Source: Phycisphaerales bacterium (lineage in GTDB: Bacteria > Planctomycetota > Phycisphaerae > Phycisphaerales > UBA1924). Taken from it: a DNA stretch of 64,000 nucleotides. The notes beneath the pieces were generated by a model. It did not search any database. It saw nothing but the letters and a program-made list of their open reading frames with translations, and had not been told where the DNA came from. Every line of letters starts with the position of its first letter. The first letter of the stretch is position 1. A program made the position numbers and the translations under genes. The stretch spans positions 5,272-69,271 of the forward strand of contig JBJHBZ010000013.1 in the NCBI GenBank assembly GCA_050485765.1. The letters run 5' to 3'. Shown here one piece after another: positions 54,386 through 63,837 of this stretch.

Positions 54386-54573
54386 AAGACCCGATCCTAC
54401 GAGCCCACCCCCGACAAAACGCCCCAGAACCACGCGCGAGCCAACCCACCCCCATTTTTTCAACACGGCACTTGCCCGACCCGATATGTTAGTGTATACT
54501 AGCTAGTGATTGCTAACTATCTGCGGGCGAGTGGCTCGCAGGCGAGGACACCCCGACCCGAGAGGAACGCGCC

Positions 54574-54843
54574 ATGCTGCTGATCAAGCTTCTGAACCGT
54601 GCGAGTTACGCCCTGTGCCTGTTGGCGGTGGTCTTTGCCGCCGCCGGAGCGATCTGGGGCGTCTGGAACCCCGGGGCCGAGGGGGTGGCGTGGCGGAGCG
54701 TTGCGACGGCTCTGATCATCTGCGCCGCCGCCGGGGCCGTCATCGCCATCAACGGCATCCTCGGCGTCCGCATGATCCGCGAGCACGAAATGACCGCCTG
54801 GCTCCCCCTTGGCAAGACCGAGCCCGACAAGCCCTGCCGCTGA
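54574..54843 (+). CDS. Small hypothetical membrane protein (2 TM, 89 aa)
   Basis: Two hydrophobic helices, GAGAGG upstream of the ATG, and a TTGCCC-N17-TATACT promoter-like element at 54472..54500. Confidence 0.45.
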   Translation: MLLIKLLNRASYALCLLAVVFAAAGAIWGVWNPGAEGVAWRSVATALIICAAAGAVIAINGILGVRMIREHEMTAWLPLGKTEPDKPCR

Positions 54844-55074
54844 AAACCGCCGCAAAACAAAGCGCCCGGGCATCAAGTCACGTAAACCCTGAACAAACCG
54901 CAACTTCCACGTGAGAATCTGGCTGGACCTCGCGGCTTGCCCCGTCGTCCGGCGTGGTTCTCGGGCTCAGAACCCACGTCCGCGGTGGTTCTCAACCGCT
55001 CCGGGATCGGACAGTCTCCCTTTGGCGGGTGAACCGCCGCCGCCGCAGGGCGGCCGGGCAGGGGAGGGCGACCG

Positions 55075-55848
55075 ATGTCGGGCACGCAGGGGCACAAGGC
55101 GAGCAGGGCGACCGTCGCAGCCGCGTCGGCCGCCCTTGTCGTCCTGCTCAGCACCCCCGGGTGCGCCGCCCCTCCGGGCTCGCCCGCCCCCGGGCCCGCG
55201 CCGGCCCGCCCGGTCGCGATGCCGCACGTCACCTCCGGGGGCCCGACAGTGACGATCCGACGGGCCGAGACCCCGGACGATCGGGCGATGCTCCGCCCGC
55301 ACCAGCCGGCCCACGTCGCCGGCGCCGCCGCGATGGCGCTCGAGGAGGTCGTCTTCTACCAAGGCCGCCCGATCGCGGCGACGGTCCACCTCGGCGGGCC
55401 GACGCGCGACGTCGACGCGGTCATCCTCGCCCTGATGACCGACGAGTGCCACACGCGCTTCGCCCGCCTCTTCGTCGTCGGCTCGCGCGACCACTACCAG
55501 CTCGCCCGCCCCACCGGCCCGCGCCGTGAACGCCGAACCCCGCCGGAGCTCCGGCGCGAGTTGCAACGCCTGCACATCGATCAGCCCGGGCGCGACGCCG
55601 TCGAGGTTCTCGAAGCCCACGACCAGACCATCCTCGGGCGACGCTTCACCCGCGCCCGCCTGCGCCTGAACCTCTACCACTGGTACGAGACCACCAGCCT
55701 CGGGCCCGCGTGCTTCGAGCTCCAAGGGCACCCGCTCGACCCGAGCGACCCCGGCATGCCGCCCGTCCGACTCGTCGGCGAACGCCAGCTCTGCCCACCC
55801 GGCGGGCGCGCCACCGAGCAATGGGTCCGAGCGGCGGCGCGCCGCTGA
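55075..55848 (+). CDS. Putative lipoprotein (hypothetical)
   Basis: Lipobox-like VVLLSTPGC. No family recognised. Confidence 0.5.
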   Translation: MSGTQGHKASRATVAAASAALVVLLSTPGCAAPPGSPAPGPAPARPVAMPHVTSGGPTVTIRRAETPDDRAMLRPHQPAHVAGAAAMALEEVVFYQGRPIAATVHLGGPTRDVDAVILALMTDECHTRFARLFVVGSRDHYQLARPTGPRRERRTPPELRRELQRLHIDQPGRDAVEVLEAHDQTILGRRFTRARLRLNLYHWYETTSLGPACFELQGHPLDPSDPGMPPVRLVGERQLCPPGGRATEQWVRAAARR

Positions 55849-55946
55849 GCGGGCCGCGCACCACGCGCCGGCATCGCGCAAGCGCGCCCTGCGGCACAAG
55901 CTCAATCGCATGAAAGCACCCTCGATATTTCTGAGTTCTTTGTGGG

Positions 55947-56147
55947 TTGACCCTGCGTCGATCGCCGAATAATCTCTGACCGATGCCCCACGTGCAGTCC
56001 ACCAAAGCCACGAAAGTCAAAGCCAAAGACGCCGCGAGCGTCCGGGCTGTGACTCTGGCTTTGGTGGTTTCGATCGCGTAGCACGCGACGACCCAACCGA
56101 CCGAACGCCACGCACTCCCGGACCCGTGTCCGGGGGTGTTTTCGTTT
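55947..56147 (+). promoter_or_regulatory. Candidate promoter plus ~170-nt structured 5' leader of the lysW operon, ending in an intrinsic terminator (attenuator or riboswitch-like)
   Basis: TTGACC (55947..55952) and ATAATC/AATAAT (about 55968..55974). Rod-like hairpin with perfect 12-bp arms CCACCAAAGCCA (55999..56010) / TGGCTTTGGTGG (56056..56067) and inner helices AGTCA/TGACT and GACGC/GCGTC. Confidence 0.35.
56117..56147 (+). terminator. Intrinsic terminator 44 nt upstream of the lysW start codon
   Basis: CCCGGAC-CCGT-GTCCGGG followed by GGTGTTTTCGTTT. Confidence 0.55.
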
Positions 56148-56190
56148 GCACCCGTTCTCTTTTCCGCGACCCGCAACCAAGGAGCCCGCC

Positions 56191-56379
56191 ATGAGCGCGA
56201 CCGAGACTCAGATCCAGGCCATCTGCCCCGAGTGCGACGCCGTCATCACCTTCGATCGTCCGCCGCTGAACGGGCAGGTCGTCCGCTGCCCGGACTGCGG
56301 GGCGGAGCTGGAGGTCGTCTCGATCAACCCGATCCGCCTCGAGCTCGCGCCGGAGGTGGAAGAGGACTGGGGCGAGTAA
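56191..56379 (+). CDS. lysW: Amino-group carrier protein LysW
   Basis: CPECDAVI...CPDCGAELEVVSINPIRLELAPEVEEDWGE: zinc ribbon plus the hallmark C-terminal EDWGE. SD context AAGGAGCCCGCCATG. Confidence 0.9.
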   Translation: MSATETQIQAICPECDAVITFDRPPLNGQVVRCPDCGAELEVVSINPIRLELAPEVEEDWGE

Positions 56380-56455
56380 AGCCCCGCGCCCCTCTTCACC
56401 CCCACGACCACCCCACGCCCGCCCGCCCCGTTTGCACCACCCACCGGAGCCCGCC

Positions 56456-57364
56456 ATGCGCATCGCGATGACCTTCACCCGCCTGCGAACCGAGGAACGC
56501 CTGCTCCTCGACGCGTTCGAATCGCTCGGCGTCCGCGTCGACCCGATCGACCTCCGACGCGTCGTCTTCGACCCCGCACGCCTCGGCGAGTGGGCGTCCT
56601 ACGACGCGGTGATCGATCGATCGGTCAGCCTCACCGCCGGGCTCACGGCGGTCCGCGTTCTCGAAGGGCTCGGCCTGCGCTGCATCAACGCCGCCGACGC
56701 GATCGAGACCTGTTCCGACAAGCTCCGCACCACGATCGCGCTGCTCCGCGCGGGCGTGCCGACGCCGGGCGTGCGCGTCGCGATCGGGCCGGAAGCCGGA
56801 CTAGAGGCGATCGAGGCGATCGGGTACCCCGCGGTGCTGAAGCCGACCATCGGCTCTTGGGGGCGGCTCGTGGCGCGTGTGAACGACCGCGACGCGAGCG
56901 AGGCCCTGCTGGAGCACCGCGACACGCTCGGCTCCGCCCAGCAGAGCGTCGTCTACGCCCAGGAGCACATCGACAAGCCGGGGCGCGACATCCGCGTCTT
57001 CGTCGTCGGCGGCGAGGCGATCGCCGCGATCGTGCGCACGAGCGCGCACTGGGTGACCAACACCGCCCGCGGCGCGACGGCCGCCGGGCTGGAGCTCACC
57101 GACGACATGCGCGAGCTCTGCACCCACGCCGTCGCGTCGACCGGGGCCGACGTCGCGGCCGTGGACGTCCTCGAATGCCCGGCCCGCGGCCCGCTCGTCA
57201 ACGAGATCAACCACTCCATGGAGTTCCGCAACAGCATCACCACCACCGGCGTCGACATCCCGGCCCACGTCGCGCGCCACGTCGTGCAGATTGCCGAAGA
57301 TGCCCGCAACAGCGGCGCCCGTGCGCACGAGAGCGTGCGCCCCGAAGCCGGGGTGAGCGCGTGA
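56456..57364 (+). CDS. lysX: ATP-grasp ligase LysX (alpha-aminoadipate--LysW ligase; RimK family)
   Basis: GYPAVLKPTIGSWGRLVARV, YAQEHIDKPGRDIRVFVVGGEAIAAIVRTSAHWVTNTARG, VNEINHSMEFRN. Same GGAGCCCGCCATG start context as lysW. Confidence 0.9.
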   Translation: MRIAMTFTRLRTEERLLLDAFESLGVRVDPIDLRRVVFDPARLGEWASYDAVIDRSVSLTAGLTAVRVLEGLGLRCINAADAIETCSDKLRTTIALLRAGVPTPGVRVAIGPEAGLEAIEAIGYPAVLKPTIGSWGRLVARVNDRDASEALLEHRDTLGSAQQSVVYAQEHIDKPGRDIRVFVVGGEAIAAIVRTSAHWVTNTARGATAAGLELTDDMRELCTHAVASTGADVAAVDVLECPARGPLVNEINHSMEFRNSITTTGVDIPAHVARHVVQIAEDARNSGARAHESVRPEAGVSA

Positions 57365-58389
57365 GCCTGCGCGTCTCGATCATCGGCGGGAGCGGGTACA
57401 CCGGCGGCGAATTGCTGCGCCTGCTGCTCGCCCACCCGGGAGCGGAGATCGCGCAGGTCACCTCCCGCCGTCTCGCGGGGGAGCCGGTCGCGCGCACGCA
57501 CCCGAACCTGCGCGGGCACGTGGCGCACACGTTCTGCACGCCGGAGGAGGTCGAAGCGTGCGACGTGCTGTTTCTGTGCATGCCGCACGGGCAGGCGGCG
57601 GCGCAGGTCGAGCGCTGGCGCTCGATCGCGCCGCGGATCATCGATCTTTCGGCCGACCTGCGCCTGCGTGATCCCGCGTCGTACGAGCGTTGGTACAACG
57701 AGCCCCACCCCGAGCCGCGTCTCCTCACCGAGGCGGTGTACGGGCTTGCCGAGATCTCGCGCGACCGCCTGCCCAGCGCGACGCTCATCTCTGGCGTCGG
57801 GTGCAACGCGACCGCGATGACCCTCGCCCTCCTCCCACTCGCCCGCGCGGGTCTGATCCGGCGCGTAATCGCGGACGTGAAGGTCGGCTCCTCGGAAGCC
57901 GGCGCTGAGCCCGGCCCGGGCTCGCATCACCCCGTCCGTGCGCGCGCCGCCCGCACCTACAGCCCCAGCGGGCATCGGCATATCGCCGAAGTTCTGCAGT
58001 CGCTCGGCGAGATCGATCTCGACGCGACCGTCACCGCGATCGACATGGTTCGCGGCGTGCTCTGCACCGCGCACGTCGAGCCGACCGAACCCGTGACGAG
58101 CAAGGATCTCTGGAAGCTCTACCGCGCCGCCTACGCCGAGGAGCCGTTCGTGCGCCTCGTCGCCGAGCGGAGCGGACCGAGCCGCTTCCCGGACCCGCGC
58201 ACGCTCATCGGCTCCAACCACGCCGACGTCGGCTTCGCGATCGACGAACGCTCCGGGCGCATCCTCGCGCTGTGCGCGATCGACAACCTCGTCAAAGGCG
58301 CGGCCGGCTCAGCCATCCAGGCGATGAACGTCGCGATGGGGCTCCCCGAAACCTCCGGGCTCACCTTCCCCGGCCTGCACCCCGCCTGA
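57361..58389 (+). CDS. lysY: LysW-aminoadipyl-phosphate reductase (ArgC family)
   Basis: VSIIGGSGYTGGELLRLL, GVGCNATA (active-site Cys). GTGA overlap with lysX. Confidence 0.85.
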   Translation: MSLRVSIIGGSGYTGGELLRLLLAHPGAEIAQVTSRRLAGEPVARTHPNLRGHVAHTFCTPEEVEACDVLFLCMPHGQAAAQVERWRSIAPRIIDLSADLRLRDPASYERWYNEPHPEPRLLTEAVYGLAEISRDRLPSATLISGVGCNATAMTLALLPLARAGLIRRVIADVKVGSSEAGAEPGPGSHHPVRARAARTYSPSGHRHIAEVLQSLGEIDLDATVTAIDMVRGVLCTAHVEPTEPVTSKDLWKLYRAAYAEEPFVRLVAERSGPSRFPDPRTLIGSNHADVGFAIDERSGRILALCAIDNLVKGAAGSAIQAMNVAMGLPETSGLTFPGLHPA

Positions 58390-58428
58390 ATTAACCCGGC
58401 CTGAACCCCGCAAACCCGCGAGAACACC

Positions 58429-59262
58429 ATGTCCACGATTGTCATCAAGATCGGCGGCGGCGAAGGGATCGATCCGGCGCAGGCCGCCCCGGAAATCGCC
58501 CAACTCGTCCGCGACGGACGCCGCGTCGTGCTCGTCCACGGCGGCTCACACGAGACAAACCAGCTCGCCGAAGCGCTCGCACATCCGACGCGAACGATCA
58601 CCAGCCCCAGCGGGCATACCTCGCGGCGCACCGACCGGCGCACGCTCGAGATCTTCAGCATGGCGTACTGCGGCCTGGTCAACACACGCGTCGTCGAGAG
58701 TCTTCGACGCGAAGGCGTTGACGCGATCGGGCTGAGCGGCATCGACGCCGGGCTCTGGATCGGCACACGCAAGAGCGCCATCCGCGCGATCGAGGAGGGG
58801 CGGACCGTGCTCATCCGCGACGATCTCTCGGGTAAGGTCGATCGGGTCAACGCCGAACTCCTGAACATGCTGCTGGATTCGGGACGCGTGCCGGTCCTCA
58901 CGCCGCCCGCGGTCACGCCCGACGGCATCGCGATCAATGTCGATGCGGATCGCGCCGCCGCCGCGACCGCCGGGGCATTGCAGGCGGATGAACTACTCCT
59001 GCTCTCCAACGTGCCCGGGCTCCTTCACGATCCGGCGGACCCGTCGTCACGGATCGCGAACGTCAATCCATCCACGCTCGAAGCCGCACGCTCGCACGCA
59101 CGCGGGCGGATGAAGAACAAGGTCCTCGCGGCCGAAGAAGCGCTCGGCGCGGGCGTGCCGCGCGTTGTGATCGCCAGCGCGACACGCGACCGCGCGATCG
59201 CGCACGCCAGGCTCGGCGACGGCACCATGTTCATCAACACGCCGAGCGAGGTGACCGCGTGA
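58429..59262 (+). CDS. lysZ: LysW-aminoadipate kinase (ArgB / amino-acid kinase family)
   Basis: IVIKIGGGEG...VVLVHGGSHETNQL and NVDADRAAAATAGAL. Confidence 0.85.
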   Translation: MSTIVIKIGGGEGIDPAQAAPEIAQLVRDGRRVVLVHGGSHETNQLAEALAHPTRTITSPSGHTSRRTDRRTLEIFSMAYCGLVNTRVVESLRREGVDAIGLSGIDAGLWIGTRKSAIRAIEEGRTVLIRDDLSGKVDRVNAELLNMLLDSGRVPVLTPPAVTPDGIAINVDADRAAAATAGALQADELLLLSNVPGLLHDPADPSSRIANVNPSTLEAARSHARGRMKNKVLAAEEALGAGVPRVVIASATRDRAIAHARLGDGTMFINTPSEVTA

Positions 59263-60371
59263 GCGCCGGCAGACTCGCCATGACGGACAGCGTTCGAATC
59301 GTGCACGACCTGGTCGCGACGCCGAGCGTTTCAGGCGATGAGCACGCCGCGGCGCGGGTATTCGCGAGCCACGCCGAACGCCTCGGCATGACGCCCGAGA
59401 TCGACCAAGCGGGCAACGCCCTCGCGCACCGCGGCGCCCCGAACGCCCGCACGCACATCGTCCTGCTCGGCCACATCGACACCGTACCCGGACGCATCCT
59501 CGTGCGGATCGAAGACCGCGCCCTGCACGGACGCGGAAGCGTCGACGCCAAGGGCCCGCTCGCAGCAATGCTCGTTGCGGCGTCAAACGCCGAACTGCCG
59601 GAGGGCGTCCGTCTCACGGTGGCCGCGGCCGTGGGCGAAGAGACCGCCGGCTCGCCCGGGGCTCGGCACCTCGTGCACCAGTACCGACCCGACGCGTGCA
59701 TCATCGGCGAGCCGAGCGGGTGGGACGGCGTCACGCTCGGCTACAAGGGACGTCTGCTCGTCACCGCCAGCACAACACGCGAGCACGCGCACTCCGGAGG
59801 CCCCCAGCCGAGCGCCTGCGATGAAATCCACGATTGGTGGAGCCGTGTGCTGGATCTTGCAAACTCGTTTAATACGCCACACGAACGCGCGTTCGACCAG
59901 TTGCAGACTTCCCTCCGCAGCATCGCGAGCGAGGAAGACGCCTTCCACCAGCACGTCCGCGCGCACGCCGGGTTCCGCCTCCCGCTCACGCTCACACCCG
60001 CGCAGCTCCGCCAGCAACTCGTATCGATCGCGAGCGAGCACACCCGCCTCGAGTTCGACGGCATGGAGCACGCGTTCGCCACCGATCGAAACGACCCGGT
60101 CGTACGCGCCCTCTCCGGCGCGATCCGCCAGCACGACGGGCGCCCGCGCCCCAAGCTCAAGACCGGCACGTCCGACATGAACGTCGTCGCCCCGCACTGG
60201 CGTTGCCCCATCGCCGCCTACGGACCAGGCGACAGCTCGCTCGACCACACACCGCACGAACACCTCGACCTCGACGAGTACGAGCGCGCGATCCGTGTGC
60301 TCCGGACCTCGCTCGAAACGCTCGCGAACGAACTCGCCACACGCTCAGACACGCCGCAGAACGCTGAATAA
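59259..60371 (+). CDS. lysK: LysW-lysine hydrolase (M20 / ArgE family)
   Basis: LVATPSVSGDE, LLGHIDTVPG, GRGSVDAKGP, GEETAG. GTGA overlap with lysZ; an alternative ATG lies at 59280. Confidence 0.8.
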   Translation: MSAGRLAMTDSVRIVHDLVATPSVSGDEHAAARVFASHAERLGMTPEIDQAGNALAHRGAPNARTHIVLLGHIDTVPGRILVRIEDRALHGRGSVDAKGPLAAMLVAASNAELPEGVRLTVAAAVGEETAGSPGARHLVHQYRPDACIIGEPSGWDGVTLGYKGRLLVTASTTREHAHSGGPQPSACDEIHDWWSRVLDLANSFNTPHERAFDQLQTSLRSIASEEDAFHQHVRAHAGFRLPLTLTPAQLRQQLVSIASEHTRLEFDGMEHAFATDRNDPVVRALSGAIRQHDGRPRPKLKTGTSDMNVVAPHWRCPIAAYGPGDSSLDHTPHEHLDLDEYERAIRVLRTSLETLANELATRSDTPQNAE

Positions 60372-60386
60372 CCGGAGTTTCCAGAC

Positions 60387-61241
60387 ATGCCCGCCACCGC
60401 AGCCACATCGCGACCGCCGCCCACACCACGCGCGACGCACGACGGCCCGAGCCTCGTGCGCGACGGCGAGATCCTCGCACGCGGCCTGCCCATCGGGCAC
60501 CTCATCGCCAACCAGTCTTACATCGACGCGATCTTCTTCCAGCTCCAGGCCCGCGAGCCGACGCCGCTCGAACGCACCATGATGGACGCCTACCTCGTCG
60601 CGCTCTGCGAGCACGGTGTGACCTCTCCGTCCACGCACGGCCCGCGTGTCACCGCCAGCGTGCGCGCGCCATTTGCCGCGACCGCGGTGAGCTTCATCGC
60701 CACCGCGATGGGCCCCTATCACTTCGGCGCACTCGAACGCACGATGCACACCCTCCTCGAGCTCGACGCGACGGATGAAGACATACCGAGCTACATCGAT
60801 CGAAAGGCCGCCGAAGGGGAGCGAGTCTGGGGCTTCGGGCACCGCTTCCACAAGAGCACGGGCGAGCCTGACCCGCAGCAGGCGGCGCAAGAAGACGCCG
60901 ACCCGCGCGTGCGCGCACTGATCCGCCTGGCCGACGAGCTCGGGTGGCCGGGGCGCCATCTGCAACGTGTCCGAGAGCTCGGGCGCGCACTCCACGAACG
61001 CAAGCGCATCCCGATCAACATCGACGGCGTCGCCGCCGGCCTGCTGCTGGACATGGGCTTCGAGCCCGAAACCGCCCTGCTCTTTGTCATCCTCGGCCGC
61101 CTGCCGAACATCGCCCGCTTGCACGCCGAGGAGCAGCACGAAACCACCAATCGCTTCACGGCTCTCGCCACACGCGAAGACCCCGGATTCAACCGCACCA
61201 TCGACCGCGACCAGCACCACACCCGCGAGACCCGCCCATGA
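60387..61241 (+). CDS. Citrate-synthase-fold protein, short form (citryl-CoA-lyase-like)
   Basis: LCEHGVTSPSTH, GFGHRFHKS (compare GFGHRVYK in gltA at 44867..45997) and INIDGVAAGLL (compare NVDFYS). At ~284 aa it lacks the N-terminal third of a full citrate synthase. Confidence 0.65.
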   Translation: MPATAATSRPPPTPRATHDGPSLVRDGEILARGLPIGHLIANQSYIDAIFFQLQAREPTPLERTMMDAYLVALCEHGVTSPSTHGPRVTASVRAPFAATAVSFIATAMGPYHFGALERTMHTLLELDATDEDIPSYIDRKAAEGERVWGFGHRFHKSTGEPDPQQAAQEDADPRVRALIRLADELGWPGRHLQRVRELGRALHERKRIPINIDGVAAGLLLDMGFEPETALLFVILGRLPNIARLHAEEQHETTNRFTALATREDPGFNRTIDRDQHHTRETRP

Positions 61242-61846
61242 ACACCGCCACCATCGCAACAGCAACGACTGACCAAGCGCACGCGATCGCCGAGCTTTTT
61301 CCAAGCATCCGTCAGATCCAGAGCCCCGCGCTGCGCGCACAAGTCGAAGCCGTCTGGCAGGAAGCCATAGCGACGGGCAACGCCGGGCGAGGATGGACGT
61401 CCGACGAACTCCGCGAGCTGCCGTTCACGCTCCTCGCCGGCGCGACGCCGATGCGCTTCATCGAGCATCTCAACAGCTGCGCCGAGCAGTGCCTTGCGAT
61501 CGCCGGCGTGCTCCGATCGACCTTCATCGAACGGGTGCCGATCGACGACGACACACTGCTCGCGGGCGCGCTGCTCGCCGACGTCGGTAAACTGTTCGAG
61601 TTCGAACAATGTCCGGCACGCGGGCTGATCCAGGGCGAATCGGGGCGTCTGCTGCGCCACCCGTTCACCGGGGCCGCGCTCTGCCGAAAGCACAATCTAC
61701 CCGATACCGTCACGCACATCGTCGCGGCCCACAGCCACGAGGGCGACCGCATCCAGCGCTCGATCGAGTGCATCATCTTCCATCACGCCGATTTCATCGA
61801 TTTCGATATCGCCAAGGCCATCGCCGTGGGAGACAACGCGCGATGA
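61238..61846 (+). CDS. HD-domain protein
   Basis: LLADVGK...HPFTGAALC...AAHSHEG...FHHADFIDF gives an H..HD..D metal-ligand pattern. ATGA overlaps on both sides. Confidence 0.6.
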   Translation: MNTATIATATTDQAHAIAELFPSIRQIQSPALRAQVEAVWQEAIATGNAGRGWTSDELRELPFTLLAGATPMRFIEHLNSCAEQCLAIAGVLRSTFIERVPIDDDTLLAGALLADVGKLFEFEQCPARGLIQGESGRLLRHPFTGAALCRKHNLPDTVTHIVAAHSHEGDRIQRSIECIIFHHADFIDFDIAKAIAVGDNAR

Positions 61847-63837
61847 GCACGCACGCAGACCATCGCACCACCATCGAAAAGATCGTGGCGCGTCACGCGG
61901 CCGGGTGGCACGAATCACGTCCGCCGCGAGCAGGCGATTACGTGCGCATCCGCCCGCGTCACGTGATGACCCACGACAACACCAGCGCGGTCATCCCGAA
62001 GTTTCACGCGCTCGCGGGGCGCGACGCCCAGGTCCACGACTCGACCCAGCCCGTCTTCGCGATGGACCACGACATCCAGAACCACACGCCTGAGAACCTC
62101 GGAAAATACGCCCGAATCCGCTCATTCGCCGAGCGCCATGCGATCCGCTATTACCCGCCCGGGCGAGGCATTGCGCATCAGGTCATGATCGAAGAAGGCT
62201 TCGTCACCCCGGGCGCGATGATCGTCGCCTCGGACTCGCACGCCAACATGTACGGCGCGATCGCCGCGCTCGGCACGCCCGTTGTCCGCACCGATGCCGC
62301 CGCGATCTGGGCGACCGGCGAAACATGGTGGCAGGTCCCGCCCCAGGTCCGCGTCACGCTCCGCGGTCGACTCCGGCCCGGCGTAACCGGCAAGGACGTC
62401 GTCCTCGCCCTGTGCGCACGCTTCAACAGCGGCGAAACCCGCAACGCCGCGATCGAGTTCACCGGCGACGGCGTCGCGCACCTCACCATCGCCGACCGGA
62501 TGACCATCGCGAACATGACCACCGAATGGGGCGGTCTCGCCGGCCTCTTCCCTTTTGACGATCGCTTGTACCGCTGGCTGCTCGAGCGGGCCCGAGCACT
62601 CGCGGCCCATCACACACCGGCGTACACCGCAGCCGACGTTCACCAGTGGTGGACGCAGCGCACCGAACTCCATTCCGATCCCGGCGCGTCCTTCGTCCGC
62701 GAGATCGTGCTGGATCTCGCCAGCGTGACGCCGCACGTCACCGGTCCGAACAGCGTGACCACGGCCCGCCCCGTCGCCGACCTCGAGTCGCAGCGCACCC
62801 GCATCGACAAGGCGTACCTGATGAGCTGCGTCAACGCACGCCTCCCCGATTTCGAAGCCGCGGCCGCCGTCTTCGGCGACAGCCGGCGCGTCGCCCCACA
62901 CGTCCGCTTCTACATCGCCGCCGCCTCGAGCGAGGTCCAGCAACAGGCCGAGCGAAGCGGCGCGTGGCGCACGCTCCTCCGGGCGGGCGCGATCCCGCTC
63001 TCGCCCGGGTGCGGCGCCTGCATCGGTCTCGGCGAGGGCACGCTGGAACCCGGCGAAGTCGGCATCAGCGCCACCAACCGAAACTTCGAAGGACGCATGG
63101 GAGCGCGCGACGCCGATTGCTACCTCGCCAGCCCCGCCGTCGTCGCAGAGTCCGCGATCCGCGGGCATATCGCCTCGCCGCACGCCATAACCAGCGAGAT
63201 CATCGCCAGTTCTCACGAAGCGCCCCGCACCCACACCCCACACGCACCGGCACCCTCACTGATCGACGGCTTCCCCGCCTCCATCGACGCCCGCGCGATC
63301 CTGCTCCCGCTCGACCATATCAATACCGACGCCATCTACGACCGCGACGTCACCTACCGCGACGACCTCACGCGAGCGCAGCAAGCCGCCTGCGCGATGC
63401 GGAACTACGACCCCGATTTTCAGCGCATCGCGCACGCCGGCGACGTCCTGATCGCCGGTCACAACTTCGGCGCGGGCTCCAGCCGCGAGCAGGCCGCCAC
63501 GGCACTCCAGGCGTTCGGCATCCGCGCCATCATCGCCGCGAGCCTGAACCAGACCTACCAGCGCAACGCCCTCAACAACGCCCTCATCACCATCGAGTGC
63601 GAGCCGCTTGTCGACCACCTCCGCGCCACCATCGCCCGCACAGCCGCGGCCCGCACCGTCTACGCCCCTCCCGTCCGCATCGACTTCGCCGCATCCACCA
63701 TCGAGTGCGACGCCCGAACGTTCACGTTTCAACCTCTGACCGAGCCCGCGCAGCGTCTGATCGTCGCCGGCGGGCTCGAGTCGCTCCTCGCACGCCGCTT
63801 CCGTCAAACGCCGGAAGCCGCCGGAACGCTCGCATGA
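61843..63837 (+). CDS. Fused large+small subunit aconitase-family dehydratase, predicted homoaconitase
   Basis: HVMTHDNTS, DHDIQN, ASDSHANMYGA, SCVNARLPD, PGCGACIGLG and ATNRNFEGRMG (Fe-S cysteines). Then the swivel domain GHNFGAGSSREQAA on the same polypeptide (664 aa). Confidence 0.8.
   Translation: MSTHADHRTTIEKIVARHAAGWHESRPPRAGDYVRIRPRHVMTHDNTSAVIPKFHALAGRDAQVHDSTQPVFAMDHDIQNHTPENLGKYARIRSFAERHAIRYYPPGRGIAHQVMIEEGFVTPGAMIVASDSHANMYGAIAALGTPVVRTDAAAIWATGETWWQVPPQVRVTLRGRLRPGVTGKDVVLALCARFNSGETRNAAIEFTGDGVAHLTIADRMTIANMTTEWGGLAGLFPFDDRLYRWLLERARALAAHHTPAYTAADVHQWWTQRTELHSDPGASFVREIVLDLASVTPHVTGPNSVTTARPVADLESQRTRIDKAYLMSCVNARLPDFEAAAAVFGDSRRVAPHVRFYIAAASSEVQQQAERSGAWRTLLRAGAIPLSPGCGACIGLGEGTLEPGEVGISATNRNFEGRMGARDADCYLASPAVVAESAIRGHIASPHAITSEIIASSHEAPRTHTPHAPAPSLIDGFPASIDARAILLPLDHINTDAIYDRDVTYRDDLTRAQQAACAMRNYDPDFQRIAHAGDVLIAGHNFGAGSSREQAATALQAFGIRAIIAASLNQTYQRNALNNALITIECEPLVDHLRATIARTAAARTVYAPPVRIDFAASTIECDARTFTFQPLTEPAQRLIVAGGLESLLARRFRQTPEAAGTLA

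Noticed and set aside
54481-54520. AT-rich palindromic patch (GTATAC, CTAGCTAG) in the lysS / 54574 divergent region as an operator.
   Set aside because: Short palindromes in the only AT-rich promoter patch are expected by chance. Only the TTGCCC-N17-TATACT promoter-like element is mentioned, under the 54574 gene.
55981-56147. L-box (lysine) riboswitch upstream of lysW.
   Set aside because: The conserved L-box core elements I remember (AGAGGNGC, GAGUA, GCCGAAG, UGUCA) are not present. I keep it only as an unclassified structured leader.
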